A stretch of DNA of 64,000 nucleotides from Octopus vulgaris (Eukaryota): positions 60,822,001 through 60,886,000 of the forward strand of contig OX597828.1 of NCBI GenBank assembly GCA_951406725.2, written 5' to 3'. Positions 24,925 to 39,582 of this stretch are shown one piece after another (position 1 is the stretch's first letter; each line of letters starts with the position of its first letter). The position numbers and the translations under genes were made by a program. The notes beneath the pieces were generated by a model, which was not told the DNA's origin, made no database searches, and worked only from the letters and a program-made list of their open reading frames with translations.

Positions 24925-25370
24925 AAAATCCTGTTGGATGCTATGATCCAGTGCGATCACCCAACTGGACATCGGAAACCGGACATTGTTGTGGCGAATA
25001 AAAAAGAAAGAACATGTATGATAATCGACAACAGCATGCCCCGGTGACAACAGGATCAATGTGAAAGAAGAAAAAAATAAACAACTACGATGATTTGAAG
25101 TGGGAAATACGAAGGTTGTGGTCAATGAAGAGAGTAGACTTGATACCAATAGTAATCGGAAGTATTAGAACTCAGCTACCAACATAGCTGAAAAAGATCG
25201 GTGCAAGTGTGAAGGTAGAACACCAACAAAAATCAGCATTGCTTGGAACTGCAAGAATCCTTCGCAGACTTCTTGAAGCATGACTAGAAAACAAGTGTAA
25301 CCTTCGTCTTCTGGCTGTGGACAGCTGTTACTTTCTATCATGCTTAGTAAAATAAGCTGTGAGTTTTCAT

Positions 25371-25375
<5 letters not shown>
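24925..25375 (+). mobile_element. R4/Dong-clade LINE 3' fragment (restriction-like endonuclease) with (TAA)n tail
   Basis: IQCDHPTGHRKPDIVVANKKERTCMIID; YDDLKWEIRRLW; QKSALLGTARILRRLLE. Confidence 0.78.
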
Positions 25376-25401
<26 letters not shown>

Positions 25402-25411
25402 TAACAATAAT

Positions 25412-25492
<81 letters not shown>

Positions 25493-25494
<2 letters not shown>

Positions 25495-26495
25495 GGAAAG
25501 GATCAGCAGAGAATGCAATCGAAGAGTGAGAGCAATACTCAAAACAGAGCTGAATGCAAGAAACAGGATCGAAGCGATCAATGCATTAGCCATACCAATC
25601 GTGACTTACAGTTTCAATATCGTTAACTGGTCAATTACTGAAATATGTCAGCTCGACAGAAAAATAAGAAAACTGTTGACAATGCATAGAATGCATCACC
25701 CTAAGGCAGATACAGAACGACTTTATCTGCCAAGAAAAGAGGGAGGCCGTGGTCTTTTGCAACTGGCAGTAACAATGAAGATTGCTATAATTGGCCTAGA
25801 CACCTACCTGAAAAAGTCTGAGGATTGGATGTTAAAACTTGTCTCAAAACATGAAAACAAGAAAGCATCATACTCAGTAACAAAACAGGCAAAGGAATAT
25901 CTAAGTGAATTCCGAATACAACCAATTTCGGAATTAGAGATAGACATACAAGAAACAAGCACAGAAAAAGCTAGGCGCATGAAAACCCGTGCCAAAACTG
26001 CGGCCTTAGATATTCTGAATAATAAATGGCAAGAAAAACCTCTCAATGGCAAATACCCAAAGAGAGCGAATAATGCAGATATTGACAAACCCCTGACCCA
26101 TCAATGGCTAATGGCCTCTGGCTTAAAATCTGAAACAGAGGGGTTTATCATAGCAGCTCAAGATCAATGCCTACCAACAAGAAACTACCAGGCCAACATA
26201 TTAAAGAACGGCAGTAGCCCAACATGTTGTGTATGCCGACAACAAAATGAAACCATTGATCATGTTGTCTCCAAATGCAGTCTTCTTGCGCCTACAGAGT
26301 ATCTCAACAGGCATGATAGAGCTGCACAATATATTCACTGGGTAATTTGCAAAAACCTGGATTTGCCCCATGAAAAAACTGGTGGGAACACAATCCACCT
26401 CCAGTGCTTGAAAATGACCACATCTCACTCCTCTGGAACTTCACCATTCAAACTGACAGAAAGATAGATGCAAATAGGCCAGACATCATATTGAG
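25493..26495 (+). mobile_element. R4/Dong-clade LINE internal fragment (RT thumb, CCHC finger, start of the RLE domain)
   Basis: LYLPRKEGGRGL, LKSETEGFIIAAQDQ, CCVCRQQNETIDHVVSKC, YLNRHD, WNFTIQTDRKIDANRPDII; preceded by (TAA)n/(CAT)n. Confidence 0.88.
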
Positions 26496-26614
26496 TAATT
26501 CACCTCTGGGAACAGGAGCATTTTGTTCAAAATCCTTAAACAACCCTTATTCAGGGACCCCGAAGAAACTTCTAACTAGACTCCAACTGCAAAGCCATGC
26601 ACTGTTTATCTTGA

Positions 26615-26908
26615 TATGAGATCACCTTGTCGCGCACATATGGTTGTGATGCATGTACCTGGTGTTCCCTTATCAGACTGGTAGTCATGATGGATATACT
26701 GGGCTTCGTATATTTTAACCCCAGTGTCACTTTGATGGCATCGAAGCTATCAACAACTGGGCGGTTTCACTCCTTAGATATGAAGCAGGTGTAATTGCAT
26801 GGACAGTAGACAAACTGTGTTTTTATTGTGACACCATCACTGGATGTATCATTAATGAGGACATGGAGAAGCTCCACACGCTTCCTTTCATTATTATTAT
26901 TGTTGTTA

Positions 26909-26949
<41 letters not shown>

Positions 26950-27007
26950 GAGTGAGAGAGCGGTGCATGCCATCCGAGTGACACTTTGGTAAAATATACG
27001 AAGCCCA

Positions 27008-27010
<3 letters not shown>
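26615..27010. repeat. Two oppositely oriented copies of a LINE/SINE 3'-tail sequence ending ctctctcactc(AAT)n (RTEX-like)
   Basis: 26698-26741 matches the reverse complement of 26966-27009. Confidence 0.55.
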
Positions 27011-27063
<53 letters not shown>

Positions 27064-28801
27064 CATCATCATCACTGATATCACTGATATTATTGTTTCT
27101 GTTTTCTTACTATTTGCCTATGCAGGGCAGGGGTGGCACCAATTTCCAGCGCTATTCACATGGATAGCTGCATAGAAAATTACACTATTTGTTCTGGCCT
27201 TCCTCGGCGATGTTCTGTCATGCTGAACGACTTTCCCTTTCACTTGTAATCTTCTTCAGTGAACAGGCTCTTCTTCAGTTTTCTAGCGCCGTTGTCAATT
27301 ACTGCCTTCATTGTTGTAATTGTTTTATCTATGTGTAGTAGCAGCAGTGGTGGCAGCAGCAGCAACACTAGTAGGGTGGGAGTAGTGATAGTAGTGGTAG
27401 TTGGGCCTCCGATTCCTGTGCTATCAGAATAGCAGTAGTTGTGGTGTTAGCAGCTGCAGCATATTATCATTATTTTAATTTTTATCACTAGCAGAGATAC
27501 CCGGCGTTGCTCGTGTTACATACAATTGAAAAATTAGACTTTTCTGTTATATTTTTTCTAATGAACTGGAATATCTATGTTTCGAATTTCATCAAAACTG
27601 CAGATGAGGTTTAATTTCCCTCTTTACACACCCTAAAAAAATTGTTAGCGTGTGACATGTATCCTATACTACTGATTTTTATGCGCATATCCCAAAATTC
27701 CAATCTTATTAAACCTATTAAAAAGATTTTTCTCCTGAAAAATGAAGGTCATGGAGCACTAAAATATGAGAGTTAAGGCCCCTGCTGGGGGTGGGCATCC
27801 TAATGTCAATCAGAGAAGTTGAATTTGTGAGAATCTTTTTAACTTGGGTCTTATATCTATTGTTTGAATTTCTTTGAAATAGGAAATATATGTTCACTGG
27901 GTTTGTAAAAGAGAGCAAAGCTACAGGAAACCAAAAGACGAATGATCACAATAAGCAGTCAGTTACCCTACCCTAGTCGTTACCACTCCCAATGTAAGAT
28001 TCCTCATCATCCAGGTGACAGGCAGAGCCGTAAGATGCATTACGAATCTATAGCTATTGGAAGGGCGTGACCCAACTGAAATAAACATTAACAACTGTGT
28101 GACGTGAGGGCTAAGAAGAAATGAAAGTGTCACCTCTGGAGTTTGCAAATGACCACTATACTGATACGTAACTGGACAGAATAAATTTAAAATCTATAAA
28201 TGTCTTTGAATAACCAGTCACTCATGTGGGAAGGCCTTGAAATCAATGTTACCATCTGGGGACTGTGTGTGACCCAGTGATAATAAAAAGACTGAAAGGA
28301 GATCTGCAATCAAATAACTTTACTCAACACTTTGCAACTGAATAAGTGGAGGCAAAGAAGCCTCTCATTTACTTGACAATTTATGCACCATATTGCAGAA
28401 ATCACAATGTAAGTGTATGTCAAAGCAGAGTGTTACACTGTTGTACCATTGAATTACAAAGAATGCTCAACTTTTATGCTCGGGTAACCCTACAGCTTCC
28501 AAGAGCACAACTGTATTCGCTTTTGCTTAGATAAAATGACAAAATTGTGGGTGTTAAGTCCCTATGGAGGGGCCTTTCTAACTTGTAAGAAGATGAAATT
28601 TTATAAATATTACTTCATTTGTGTCTAATATCTATGGTTAAAATTTCATCAACAGCAAAATATATGAATTGTCATGGGGATTATGGCCCTTATGCATAGA
28701 ATATAATTTCCAAATTTCATAAAGATCCATTCAGTACTTTTGACCTAGTTTTAATCATAAATGAATTGACTAAAATTTGAGAGTTAAGGCTCCCATTAGG
28801 G

Positions 28802-28876
<75 letters not shown>

Positions 28877-28886
28877 CACACACATA

Positions 28887-29151
28887 CAAAGATAAATTGA
28901 TAGATACAACTGAGTGGGCAAACAAAAATATGAGACACAGCCTAGTGCTTTTTTATGTTGATAAGCCTGGTACTTATTCTATTAGTTTGTTCTTGTGAAA
29001 CCAGTAAGTTATGTGGATGTAAATAAATGAACAGCGGTTGTGAAGCAGTGATGAGGGCGAAACACAGAGGCAAAGACACACACATACACTTACATATATA
29101 CATACATATATATATACGATTGATTTGTTTCAGTTCCTGCCTACGAAATCC
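28887..29151. repeat. ~265-bp local duplication (unique flank plus OR-SINE tail); partner at 31975-32235
   Basis: Both copies begin caaagataaattgat.gatacaactgagtgggcaaacaaaaatatgagacac. Confidence 0.8.
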
Positions 29152-29158
29152 ATATATA

Positions 29159-31802
29159 TTGTTGTTGGTATCCTTTTTGTCTCGGGAGACAATGGAGTTG
29201 CACATAAAATAATCTAGTCCGGCTTTTACATTTCATGTCCTAATACATCTCCTGCTGTGGCTGTGCAGTTCTATCCTGGACAAACACTCCCGCACAAATG
29301 TAGCAAAGACTTTGCCTGGCTAGTTGTAATATCATAGTTTCTTGTCGACGTCTTTTCTTGTCTTTCCATTTCTCCTCTCTCTCTCTGTCACTCCTTTGTG
29401 TTCCCTCTTTTACGGTACGTCGCCAATCTCGACGGTTACTGGCAACTGCTTCCCAGTTGGTAATATTGATGTTGCAGGCATTCATGTCCCTTTTGCAAAC
29501 ATCCTTGTATCGTAAGAACGGTCTTCCCACAGACCTAGTGCCCCTAGCAAGCTCTCCGAAGAGTATGTCCTTGGAGATTCTGCCATCTTCCGGCTAACAT
29601 GTCCAAGCCATCTCATACGTCTTTGTGTGAGGAGTGCAAACATGCTTGGTATTCCTGCTTGCCTGAGGACATCTTTGTTGGGGATATGCTTCTGCCATTT
29701 GATGCAAAGGATTTTCTGGAGGCAGCGCGGGTAAAAGATATTTAGGTGACGCTCTTGGCGTGTGTATGACGTCCAAGTCTCACTTCCATACAGTAGAGTG
29801 CTAAGTACACATGCCTGGTAAATCTTCATATTTGTGGTCTTGGTCAGCTTATTGTTGTCCCATGCCCGTTTGGAGAGTTGGGCCATCACAGCAAGGGATA
29901 AGTGACGGTAGAGCCAAGATAGGTAAACTTCTCCACCTCCTGTAGTCTGTGGTCTGCAATATGTATGTTTGGGATGTCCGATGTAGCCTGACCCATGATG
30001 TTGGTAATCTTGGAGGCTGATAACTAAGCCAAATTTGCTACATGCTTGCTCAAAACAGGTGATGAGCCTTTGTATGGCTTCTTCTGTGTGTGATATCAGA
30101 GCGGCATCATCAGCAAAATAGCATCTCCTTGATCAGGACACTTCTGATTTTGGTCTTGGCACGCAGGCGCGAGAGATTGAACAGTTTTCCGTCACTTCTA
30201 CTATGTAGAAACACTCCATCATCTGATGTCTCAAAGGCATGTGACAGCAGCAGCGAGAAGAAGATGTCAAATAATGTATGAGTAAGGACACAACCTTGCT
30301 TTACCTGGTTTTTTTTATTTGGAAGGCGGCTGATGTTGAACCATTGTGCTGTATGGGGCCTTGCATATCATCATGGAAAGATTTGATGATCCTCAGCAGC
30401 TTTGGTGGACATATGATTTTTTGGAGCAGGATGAAGGGGCCTTTTCTACTTAACAAGTCAAAGGCCTTTGTCCGATCAATGAAGGCCATATATAATGGCA
30501 TTTTCTGCACTCTGGACTTCTCCTGAAGTTGGCGTATGGAGAATATCATGTCAATAGTTGATCTGCTTCTTCTAAAGCCACACTGCGATTCTGGATAAAT
30601 TCAAGAAGCAAGTAGTTGTAGCCTGGACAGGATAACGCGAGCAAAGGCCTTAGAAGAGATATTCCACGGTAATTGTTACAATCACCACGGTCAACTTTGT
30701 TTTTGTAAAGCGTAATGATGTTAGCATCCCGCATTTCCTGAGGGACTGTACAATCTTCCCAGCACTGACACAGAAGCTCATGAAGGTGCCGAAACAGGAT
30801 GGTGTGTTTGCCGGTTTTGATTATCTCTAAGGGGATGCCGTCTTTTCCCGGAGCCTTGTTACTTGCTATGGAGTCAATAGCCTTGGTGAGCTCTGCTATA
30901 GATGGCAGACTGTCAAGTTCACACATGACTGGCAAGATCTTGACACCCTCGATTACAGCCTCAGCTACCGTGGTCTCCCGTGAGTAGAGATCCTGGTAGT
31001 ACTCCACCCATCTACCCATTTGCTTTGGTCCTTGATGGGATCTCCAGTAGTTGATTTCAGAGGGGCTGACTTGGTTGCGGATGGACCGAGGGCCTTCTTC
31101 AAACCGGCATACATCCCTCGGGTGTCGCCACTGTCAGCAGCTGACTGGATACTCTGACAGATTTTCTGCCAATACCTATTTGCACAGCGTCTGGCAGTCA
31201 GTTGGGTTTTATTTCTTGCCTTTCTGAGTTCTTCGAGTGACTTTGTAGAAGAATCACTCTTGTATTGCATCAGAGCTGCACGCTTTGCTTCGATAACTGT
31301 TTCCAGCTCTGAGAGCCCAGCACTGAACCAATCTGGGTTTTGCCTTTCTCTCATGCCGAAAATATCTATTGATATGGTATACAAAGCTTCCCTTCCACCT
31401 ACTTTCAGCAGAGGAGGTAGGGCAGCTACTGTGGACAACCTTGGCAGAAACAGCAAAACATTTTCGCAGTGTAGGGTCCGAGTTTCTGGCAGTGTTAATG
31501 CGTGGTCGGGCCATTTTCTTGGATTGATGGACTTTTTAGGCAGAATCCTCACCCTGCTTCTTATTAGTGAATGATCTGTGTCACAATCCGCGCTGTGGTA
31601 ACTACGGTTCAGTTGAACAGAATTCAGAAAGGATCTTCGTGTAATGATGAGATCCAGCTGATGCCAATGGTGAGATCTTGGATGTCTCCAAGATGCCTTG
31701 TGGGATGTCTTGTTGGCAAAGAATGTGTTGGTGATGCACAGGTTATGGTATGTACAAAATTCAAGTAGTCTCTGACCATTGTCATTCATGTTGCCAATAC
31801 CA
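29159..31802 (-). mobile_element. 5'-truncated RTE-clade LINE (APE C-terminus and RT), decayed
   Basis: NDNGQRLLEFC, SWRHPRSHHWHQLDLII, DTDH, KAPGKDGIP, NYRGISLL, LFADDAAL, LLYGSETW, RWLGHV; (CAA)n tail at ~29159. Confidence 0.92.
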
Positions 31803-31872
31803 AAACACATACATTTACATATATACATACATATATATACGATTGATTTGTTTCAGTTCCTGTCTACGAAAT

Positions 31873-31945
<73 letters not shown>

Positions 31946-32029
31946 CACACACACACACGCACACGCACACGCACAAAGATAAATTGATTGATACAACTGA
32001 GTGGGCAAACAAAAATATGAGACACTACC

Positions 32030-32362
32030 TAGTTCTTTTTTATATTTTGATAAACCTGGTACTTATTCTATCAGTTTCTTCTTGTGAAACCAGTAAGATA
32101 TGGGGATGTAAATAAACGAACACCAGTTGTGAAGCAGTGATGAGGGAGAAACACAAAGACACACACATAGACTTACATATATACATACATATACATACAC
32201 TTGATTTCTTTCAGTTTCTGTCTACAAAATCCACTGACAAGGGTTTTGTTGGTCTGAGACTATAGCAGAAGACACATGCCAAGTTACCACTCAGTGGGAC
32301 TGAACTGAGGACCATGTGTTTTGGAACCAAGTTTGTTACCACCCAGCCACACCTGCACCTAT
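32030..32362 (-). mobile_element. OR-type SINE (diverged)
   Basis: Head aggtgcaggtgtggctgggtggt, B-box-like agttcagtccc. Confidence 0.75.
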
Positions 32363-32552
32363 GTATGTGTGTGTGTATGGGTGTATATATGTATGCATGT
32401 ATATACGTGTATATATATGTGTACATATTACATGTACGTCTATATATATATACATCTAGACATACTATACGCATACATGTATATCTATAGAAATACATGT
32501 ATACATATACATCTTTATATATACATGTGTATATATATACACATACATATAT

Positions 32553-32600
<48 letters not shown>

Positions 32601-32974
32601 CCATATACATACAATATAGAGATGTTTTTGTTTCACTTTTAACACGTAATACTGAAATAGTGGAGAAGATGTGATATTGCAGTGGGATCGCCCTAGGCAA
32701 GAAGTTAAACATTTTATTTGCCCATGACACTACATTGACCCTAAGTAAGACATGTGTAAAATTTGAATGAAATTGGTTGTGTAGTTCTCAAGTTTTAGGG
32801 ATTCACACAGACAGACAGACACACACACATTCTCAGTTTTATATATATATAGATTATCACCATCTCCACTACTACTATTGTTATTATCATTATTAATATT
32901 TCCTTTTATTATTAAAAGATTTTATCAAATGTTCTTTATTTTCAACGTTTGTCTTGTACTTGAGATAATCATAA

Positions 32975-33328
32975 ATATGTGGTTGTTGAGATACTCTGTA
33001 GGCGCAAGAAGAATGCACTTGCAGACAACATGATCAATGGTTTCATTCTGTTGTTGACATACACGACATGTTATGCTACTGTTGTTCTTTAATATGTTGG
33101 CCTGGTAGTTCCTTGTAGGTAGGCATTGATCTTGAGCTGCTATGATAAACCCTTCTGTTTCAGATTTTAAGCCAGAGGCCATTAGCCATTGATGGGTCAG
33201 GGGTTTGTCAACATCTGCATTATTCGCTCTCTTTGGGTATTTGTCATTGAGAGGTTTTTCTTGCCATTTACCATTCAGAATATCTAAGGCAGCAGTTTTA
33301 GCACGGGTTTTCATGCGCTTAGCTTTTT
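32975..33328 (-). mobile_element. R4/Dong fragment, same family as 25493-26495
   Basis: MKTRAKTAALDIL..LKSETEGFIIAAQDQ..CRVCQQQNETIDHVVCKC; adjacent (TAA/CAA/TGA)n tract at 33325-33580. Confidence 0.85.
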
Positions 33329-33401
33329 ATTATTGTTATTATGATCATCGTCATCATCATCATCATCATCATCATTATTATTACCATCATCATTATTATT
33401 A

Positions 33402-33433
<32 letters not shown>

Positions 33434-33532
33434 GTTGTTGTTGTTGTTATTGTTGTTATTATTATTATTATTATTATTGTTGTTGTTGTTGTTGTTGTTG
33501 TTATTATTGTTGTTATTATTATTATTATTATT

Positions 33533-33565
<33 letters not shown>

Positions 33566-34647
33566 ATTGTTGTTGTTATTTGTACCACTCTCTTGACCTT
33601 AACATACTCTCTACTTCTCTTCTCAAGTTTCTCTGCTTTTCAATATGCCGCAATTCTTGATGATTATCACCTTGATGTCTTTGCTTCTCCTGGTCTTTAC
33701 CCACACACTTCGTTCTTTTCAACTCTGCCAGCGTTCTCACAGCTTTGACCTCTAGCGCCCTTGTGTTTTGCTTTATGATTTTCCCTCTTTTCATCTCCCT
33801 TTTTCGTCACCGTTTTCTTAAGTTCTTCTTCCTTACCTTAACTATGATTCTCCCATCTCTGTCTAGTGAATAAGGAGAGAGTGATATAAAGTGAAATACA
33901 AGATGATTAGCGTTTAAAGCTGTTAGAACGCTGGTAAAATTTGATTAAGGGGGAATGGAGTGGGTAACGATCAGGAAAAAGGAAAATATTAAGATGATCA
34001 ACAAGTAAAGCTGTAAATTTATTTGGTACCATCAGATTACATCTCACACGGGCGAAGGATTCTGCTCGAAACGTTAGACTTTTCGTGGCAAACTAATTTA
34101 TCCCACTTTTAAACTATTTACACTCAGTAATTGCCAACACAGATCACTACCAGTTTCCTCGGATCCTACAGTTTGCTTGTTAATTAGAATTTCTGCAAAT
34201 TTTTATCACAACTGTGACTAAATGAGTCTATGCCATATGATGATAAGGTATCTTCTTTCTCTTTCGGCTGACATTGGTACTCTAACCCTGCGCTAATCAT
34301 CTCTTACATTCACCCAAATCTGCTTTTGCAATCACATATGTTTTCCCGGATACTGCTTCCGGTTCAACATGATCCCACGCTACAACTTACTCTTCCTCAT
34401 GGCAAATCAATTTATTTCACTTTTAAACTGTTCACACACACACGCACACGCACACACACACATTCAACGGACTAGCACACACAGACACACATATGTAAGG
34501 TATATTGCGTATAAGGGAAGGGGGTTTATGTTTGTGTATGTGGGAATCTGTGTGTGTGTGTGCCTGTGTACATTCATATATTATACATACATACATTTAT
34601 ATGAATGCTTTTTATATAGAAAAAAACATACACGTAAACAGACTTTG

Positions 34648-34696
<49 letters not shown>

Positions 34697-34724
34697 ACAC
34701 ACACATACACACACACACATCTTT

Positions 34725-34940
34725 ATCTTTTATATTTTACTTGCTAAAGACATTAGACGGCAGCCATGCTGGGGAAGCGCCTTGAAGAATTTTTTGTCGC
34801 TCAAACCGACCCCAGTACATTTTATTTTTAAGCCTGGCACTTATTCTATCTTTTGTCGAGTTGCTAAGTTACGGGGACGTAAAGAAATCAACACCGGTTA
34901 GCAAGCGGTGGAGGTGAACAAACACAGTCACAAAGGTGCA
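34725..34940 (-). mobile_element. OR-type SINE 3' half
   Basis: cagccatgctgggg..; cttattctatc; gctaagttacggggacgtaaa. Confidence 0.65.
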
Positions 34941-35627
34941 CGCACACACACACGCACACACACACACACATACATGTATATACGAATGAATGGGGAAACG
35001 AAAGGAAAGGGTATTCAACACATTTAGAAATAGTTACAAGTATTATTTAAATCAGCTTGATTCGGTTCCTTGCCACTTAAAGTTTCGCAGGTCTCTAACA
35101 GAAGTTCGTCTCTTTAAGACTTCAGATTACTGAATGGGATGATACAGTAAGTCCAAGATGGCTACCAGCAGATAAGCTACTATTAGTCAAGGCGGGTTAC
35201 ATGGAGTTGTTAAGAAATACCAGTTGCTCGGCGTCACCAGTTCCTTTAGGAAAGGGAATTCTTTTGATCGCTTGGCTGGACAGGAAGATGGTGCTGCCCA
35301 AAATATCTGCGCATGCTCTTCCAGGAATACACTCACATGCACATACATCCACCCACACACTCAAACGTATACGTACACACAACTACACTAACACACATCA
35401 CGACAGCACACATAAACACCACATCTGACACACTAGCACACCTGCAAACAAATAATAAAAGCATATATACGCACACACCCATTCACACACAAGCGCACGC
35501 GCACCTATACTCGCGTCCTGAATACGTTCGAGCGTGCGCGCGTACGTAGTAGGCACCAACGCACACTCTCACACACCCATACACTCTACAACCAATACAC
35601 ACCAACAACAACGCATACATACATCTC

Positions 35628-35678
<51 letters not shown>

Positions 35679-35735
35679 TATATTTATGGACGTGAAACTC
35701 ATGGTAACCCCATAGACCGGCCGTATTTATGTTTA

Positions 35736-35796
<61 letters not shown>

Positions 35797-35882
35797 GTAG
35801 GTCCCGGGTTGATTCGGGGTTAACCACAGTAAGTAAGGTACTCAATACATAGCAGAGTAAAATTAATTTATTATATAGAAGG

Positions 35883-35933
35883 AGCTTCTACAGGACTAGT
35901 ACTGTTTCATTCAAGAGAAATCTTCAGGAAGCT
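35883..35933 (-). ncRNA. Type I hammerhead motif, left arm
   Basis: Minus strand: agcttc|CTGAAGA|tttc-tctt-gaat|GAAA|cag-tactagtc-ctg|TA|gaagct; 6-bp helix I. Confidence 0.68.
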
Positions 35934-36311
35934 ATTTAACAAGAATTGTATTAGCATTTATACATTTAGGCAGGTTTAAAGGAGTGGTAGTGGGGGACTT
36001 TTTTGGGGGTAGGCATAGCGCAAAATATCATACTTGGGGGAGTGGTCAAGGAGTCAGTGGTAAGTTAGATGAAAGAATAGATAAATAAAAAAAATAAAAA
36101 AATAAAAAATAAAAAAATAAAATAAAAAAATAAAAAAATAAAAAATATAAAAAATATATATAAAAAAATATATATATAAAATATATATATAAAAATATAT
36201 ATATAAAAAAAGGGGGGATAGAGTTATAGGTAAATAAGGAGATTCTCACTTATACCTATACACACATGTATACGTATCTACACACACATACATACATACA
36301 CATATATATAT

Positions 36312-36356
<45 letters not shown>

Positions 36357-36815
36357 CCTACACATACACACATACATACATACAAATATACATATACATA
36401 TATATATATATACAATCCAATACAGGCCCATTCCCTAATTTTAATTTTATTATCTTCATTTATTACTTTTGTTATCTTTGATCGCTAGGGCTAAGAATCC
36501 TGGCAATGGCTGCATGTCCATTTGTCTGTCTACTAGAAGGCAAGTACTCATTCCCGCACGCACACTCATTAGCACGTACATTCACCCATTCGTACACTCA
36601 TACACATACACGTACGCACGCGTTATATTCATACATACAATCATCTACATACGTTCACGTATATACACATACGTACTCGTACCTACAGATTCGTGTCTAC
36701 ACTTTAGGAGGCTAGTCTATACATATACACCAATAAATATACATATATATATATATACCCGCATGTACATACACACACACACATATATACTCCTACATAC
36801 AGATACATACCTATA

Positions 36816-36863
<48 letters not shown>

Positions 36864-37355
36864 CATACACATACACACATACATATACACACACATACAT
36901 ACACATATATATACATACACAAACATATATACACACATATATATATACATACACACATACACACATACATACGTATACATACATACATACATCCATACAT
37001 CCATACTTACATGCATTTATACGCATACACACACCCATCTATATATATGTATATATATATATATATATATATACACACTCACACATACATATACAAATCT
37101 ACGCACACACATACATACATACACGTATACGCATACACGCACATACACATATACATGCGTACCCATACACGTGCACACACGCACGCGCATCCATATATAT
37201 ACACACACACACATATATATACACGTGTGCAAGCATACATACATACTCATACGCGCACACATACTTACAAATACATATATGCACACACTTACACACATAT
37301 ATATACATACACATATACATGCATACATACATATATGCATACATACACACACGCA

Positions 37356-37403
<48 letters not shown>

Positions 37404-37464
37404 TATACATATATAGATATACATACACATACATACACATACACATACATACACACATATACAC

Positions 37465-37501
<37 letters not shown>

Positions 37502-37706
37502 TACATATATACACATATACATACATATACATACACACACACATACATATATACATATACACTGATACACATACCCATACATACACATGCATATACTTAT
37601 ATCACTACATACTCACATATATAAACATATATACATATACACACATACATATATACATGTACATACACATACGTATGCATATATACATATATACATATAT
37701 ATACAC

Positions 37707-37743
<37 letters not shown>

Positions 37744-38153
37744 TACATATACACATATACATGTATACATACGCAAAAATGATACACATATATACACATA
37801 CACACACACAGACAGATGCATATACATACATATATATATATAAACTACATATCTATATAAATACATACATAATACACATATACACACACATATATATACA
37901 TTCATGCATATACATATACAAGTATACATACACATACACATACATACACATGTGTGTATGTATGTGTATGTATACTTGTATATGTATATGCATGAATGTA
38001 TATATATGTGTGTGTATATGTGTATTATGTATGTATTTATATAGATATGTAGTTTATATATATATATGTATGTATATGCATCTGTCTGTGTGTGTGTATG
38101 TGTATATATGTGTATCATTTTTGCGTATGTATACATGTATATGTGTATATGTA

Positions 38154-38188
<35 letters not shown>

Positions 38189-38498
38189 GTGTATATATAT
38201 GTATATATGTATATATATATGTATGTGTATGTACATGTATGTATATATGTATGTGTGTATATGTATATATGTTTATATATGTGAGTATGTAGTGATATAA
38301 GTATATGCATGTGTATGTATGGGTATGTGTATCAGTGTATATGTATATATGTATGTGTGTGTGTATGTATATGTATGTATATGTGTATATATGTATGTGT
38401 ATATGTGTATATATATATATATATGTATATGTTATATGTGTGTATGTATGTGTATGTGTATGTATGTGTATGTATATCTATATATGTATATATATGTG

Positions 38499-38533
<35 letters not shown>

Positions 38534-39028
38534 TGCGTGTGTGTATGCATGCATATATGTATGTATGCATGTATATGTGTATGTATATATATGTGTGTAA
38601 GTGTGTGCATATATGTATTTGTAAGTATGTGTGCGCGTATGAGTATGTATGTATGCTTGCACACGTGTATATATATATGTGTGTGTGTGTGTATATATAT
38701 GGATGCGCGTGCGTGTGTGCACGTGTATGGGTACGCATGTATATGTGTATGTGCGTGTATGCGTATACGTGTATGTATGTATGTGTGTGCGTAGATTTGT
38801 ATATGTATGTGTGAGTGTGTTATATATATATATATATATATACATATATATAGATGGGTGTGTGTATGCGTATAAATGCATGTAAGTATGGATGTATGGA
38901 TGTATGTATGTATGTATACGTATGTATGTGTGTATGTGTGTATGTATATATATATGTGTGTATATATGTTTGTGTATGTATATATATGTGTATGTATGTG
39001 TGTGTATATGTATGTGTGTATGTGTATG

Positions 39029-39078
<50 letters not shown>

Positions 39079-39541
39079 TATAGGTATGTATCTGTATGTA
39101 GGAGTATATATGTGTGTGTGTGTATGTACATGCAGTATATATATATATATATGTATATTTATTGGTGTATATGTATAGACTAGCCTCCTAAAGTGTGAGA
39201 CACGAATCTGTAGGTACGAGTACGTATGTGTATATACGTGAACGTATGTAGATGATTGTATGTATGAATATAACACGTGCGTACGTGTATGTGTATGAGT
39301 GTACGAATGGGTGAATGTACGTGCTAATGAGTGTGCGTGCGGGAATGAGTACTTGCCTTCTAGTAGACAGACAAATGGACATGCAGCCATTGCCAGGATT
39401 CTTAGCCCTAGCGATCAAAGATAACAAAAGTAATAAATGAAGATAATAAAATTAAAATTAGGGAATGGGCCTGTATTGGATTGTATATATATATATATAT
39501 GTATATGTATATTTGTATGTATGTATGTGTGTATGTGTAGG

Positions 39542-39582
<41 letters not shown>

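Larger units (their letters stand above)
27488..32854 (+). mobile_element. Possible Helentron/HINE-like non-autonomous element with nested insertions
   Basis: 5' actagcagagatacccggcgttgctcg; repeated internal modules (aatatctatg..aatttcatcaa; aaaat.tgagagttaaggc at ~27761 and ~28772); 3' ...(GACA)n..attctcagttttatatatatatagat. That the two ends belong to one element is inference. Confidence 0.4.

Noticed and set aside
25340-26467. 375-aa host gene with poly-N/poly-H N-terminus
   Set aside because: The N-terminus is microsatellite and the remainder is an R4/Dong retrotransposon fragment.
28030-28515. Possible very old RTE 3' fragment (also weak RT-like traces at 54900-55340)
   Set aside because: The similarity is too weak to support by eye.
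34050-34082. gctcgaaacgttaga hammerhead remnant
   Set aside because: The CUGANGA half is missing or unrecognisable.
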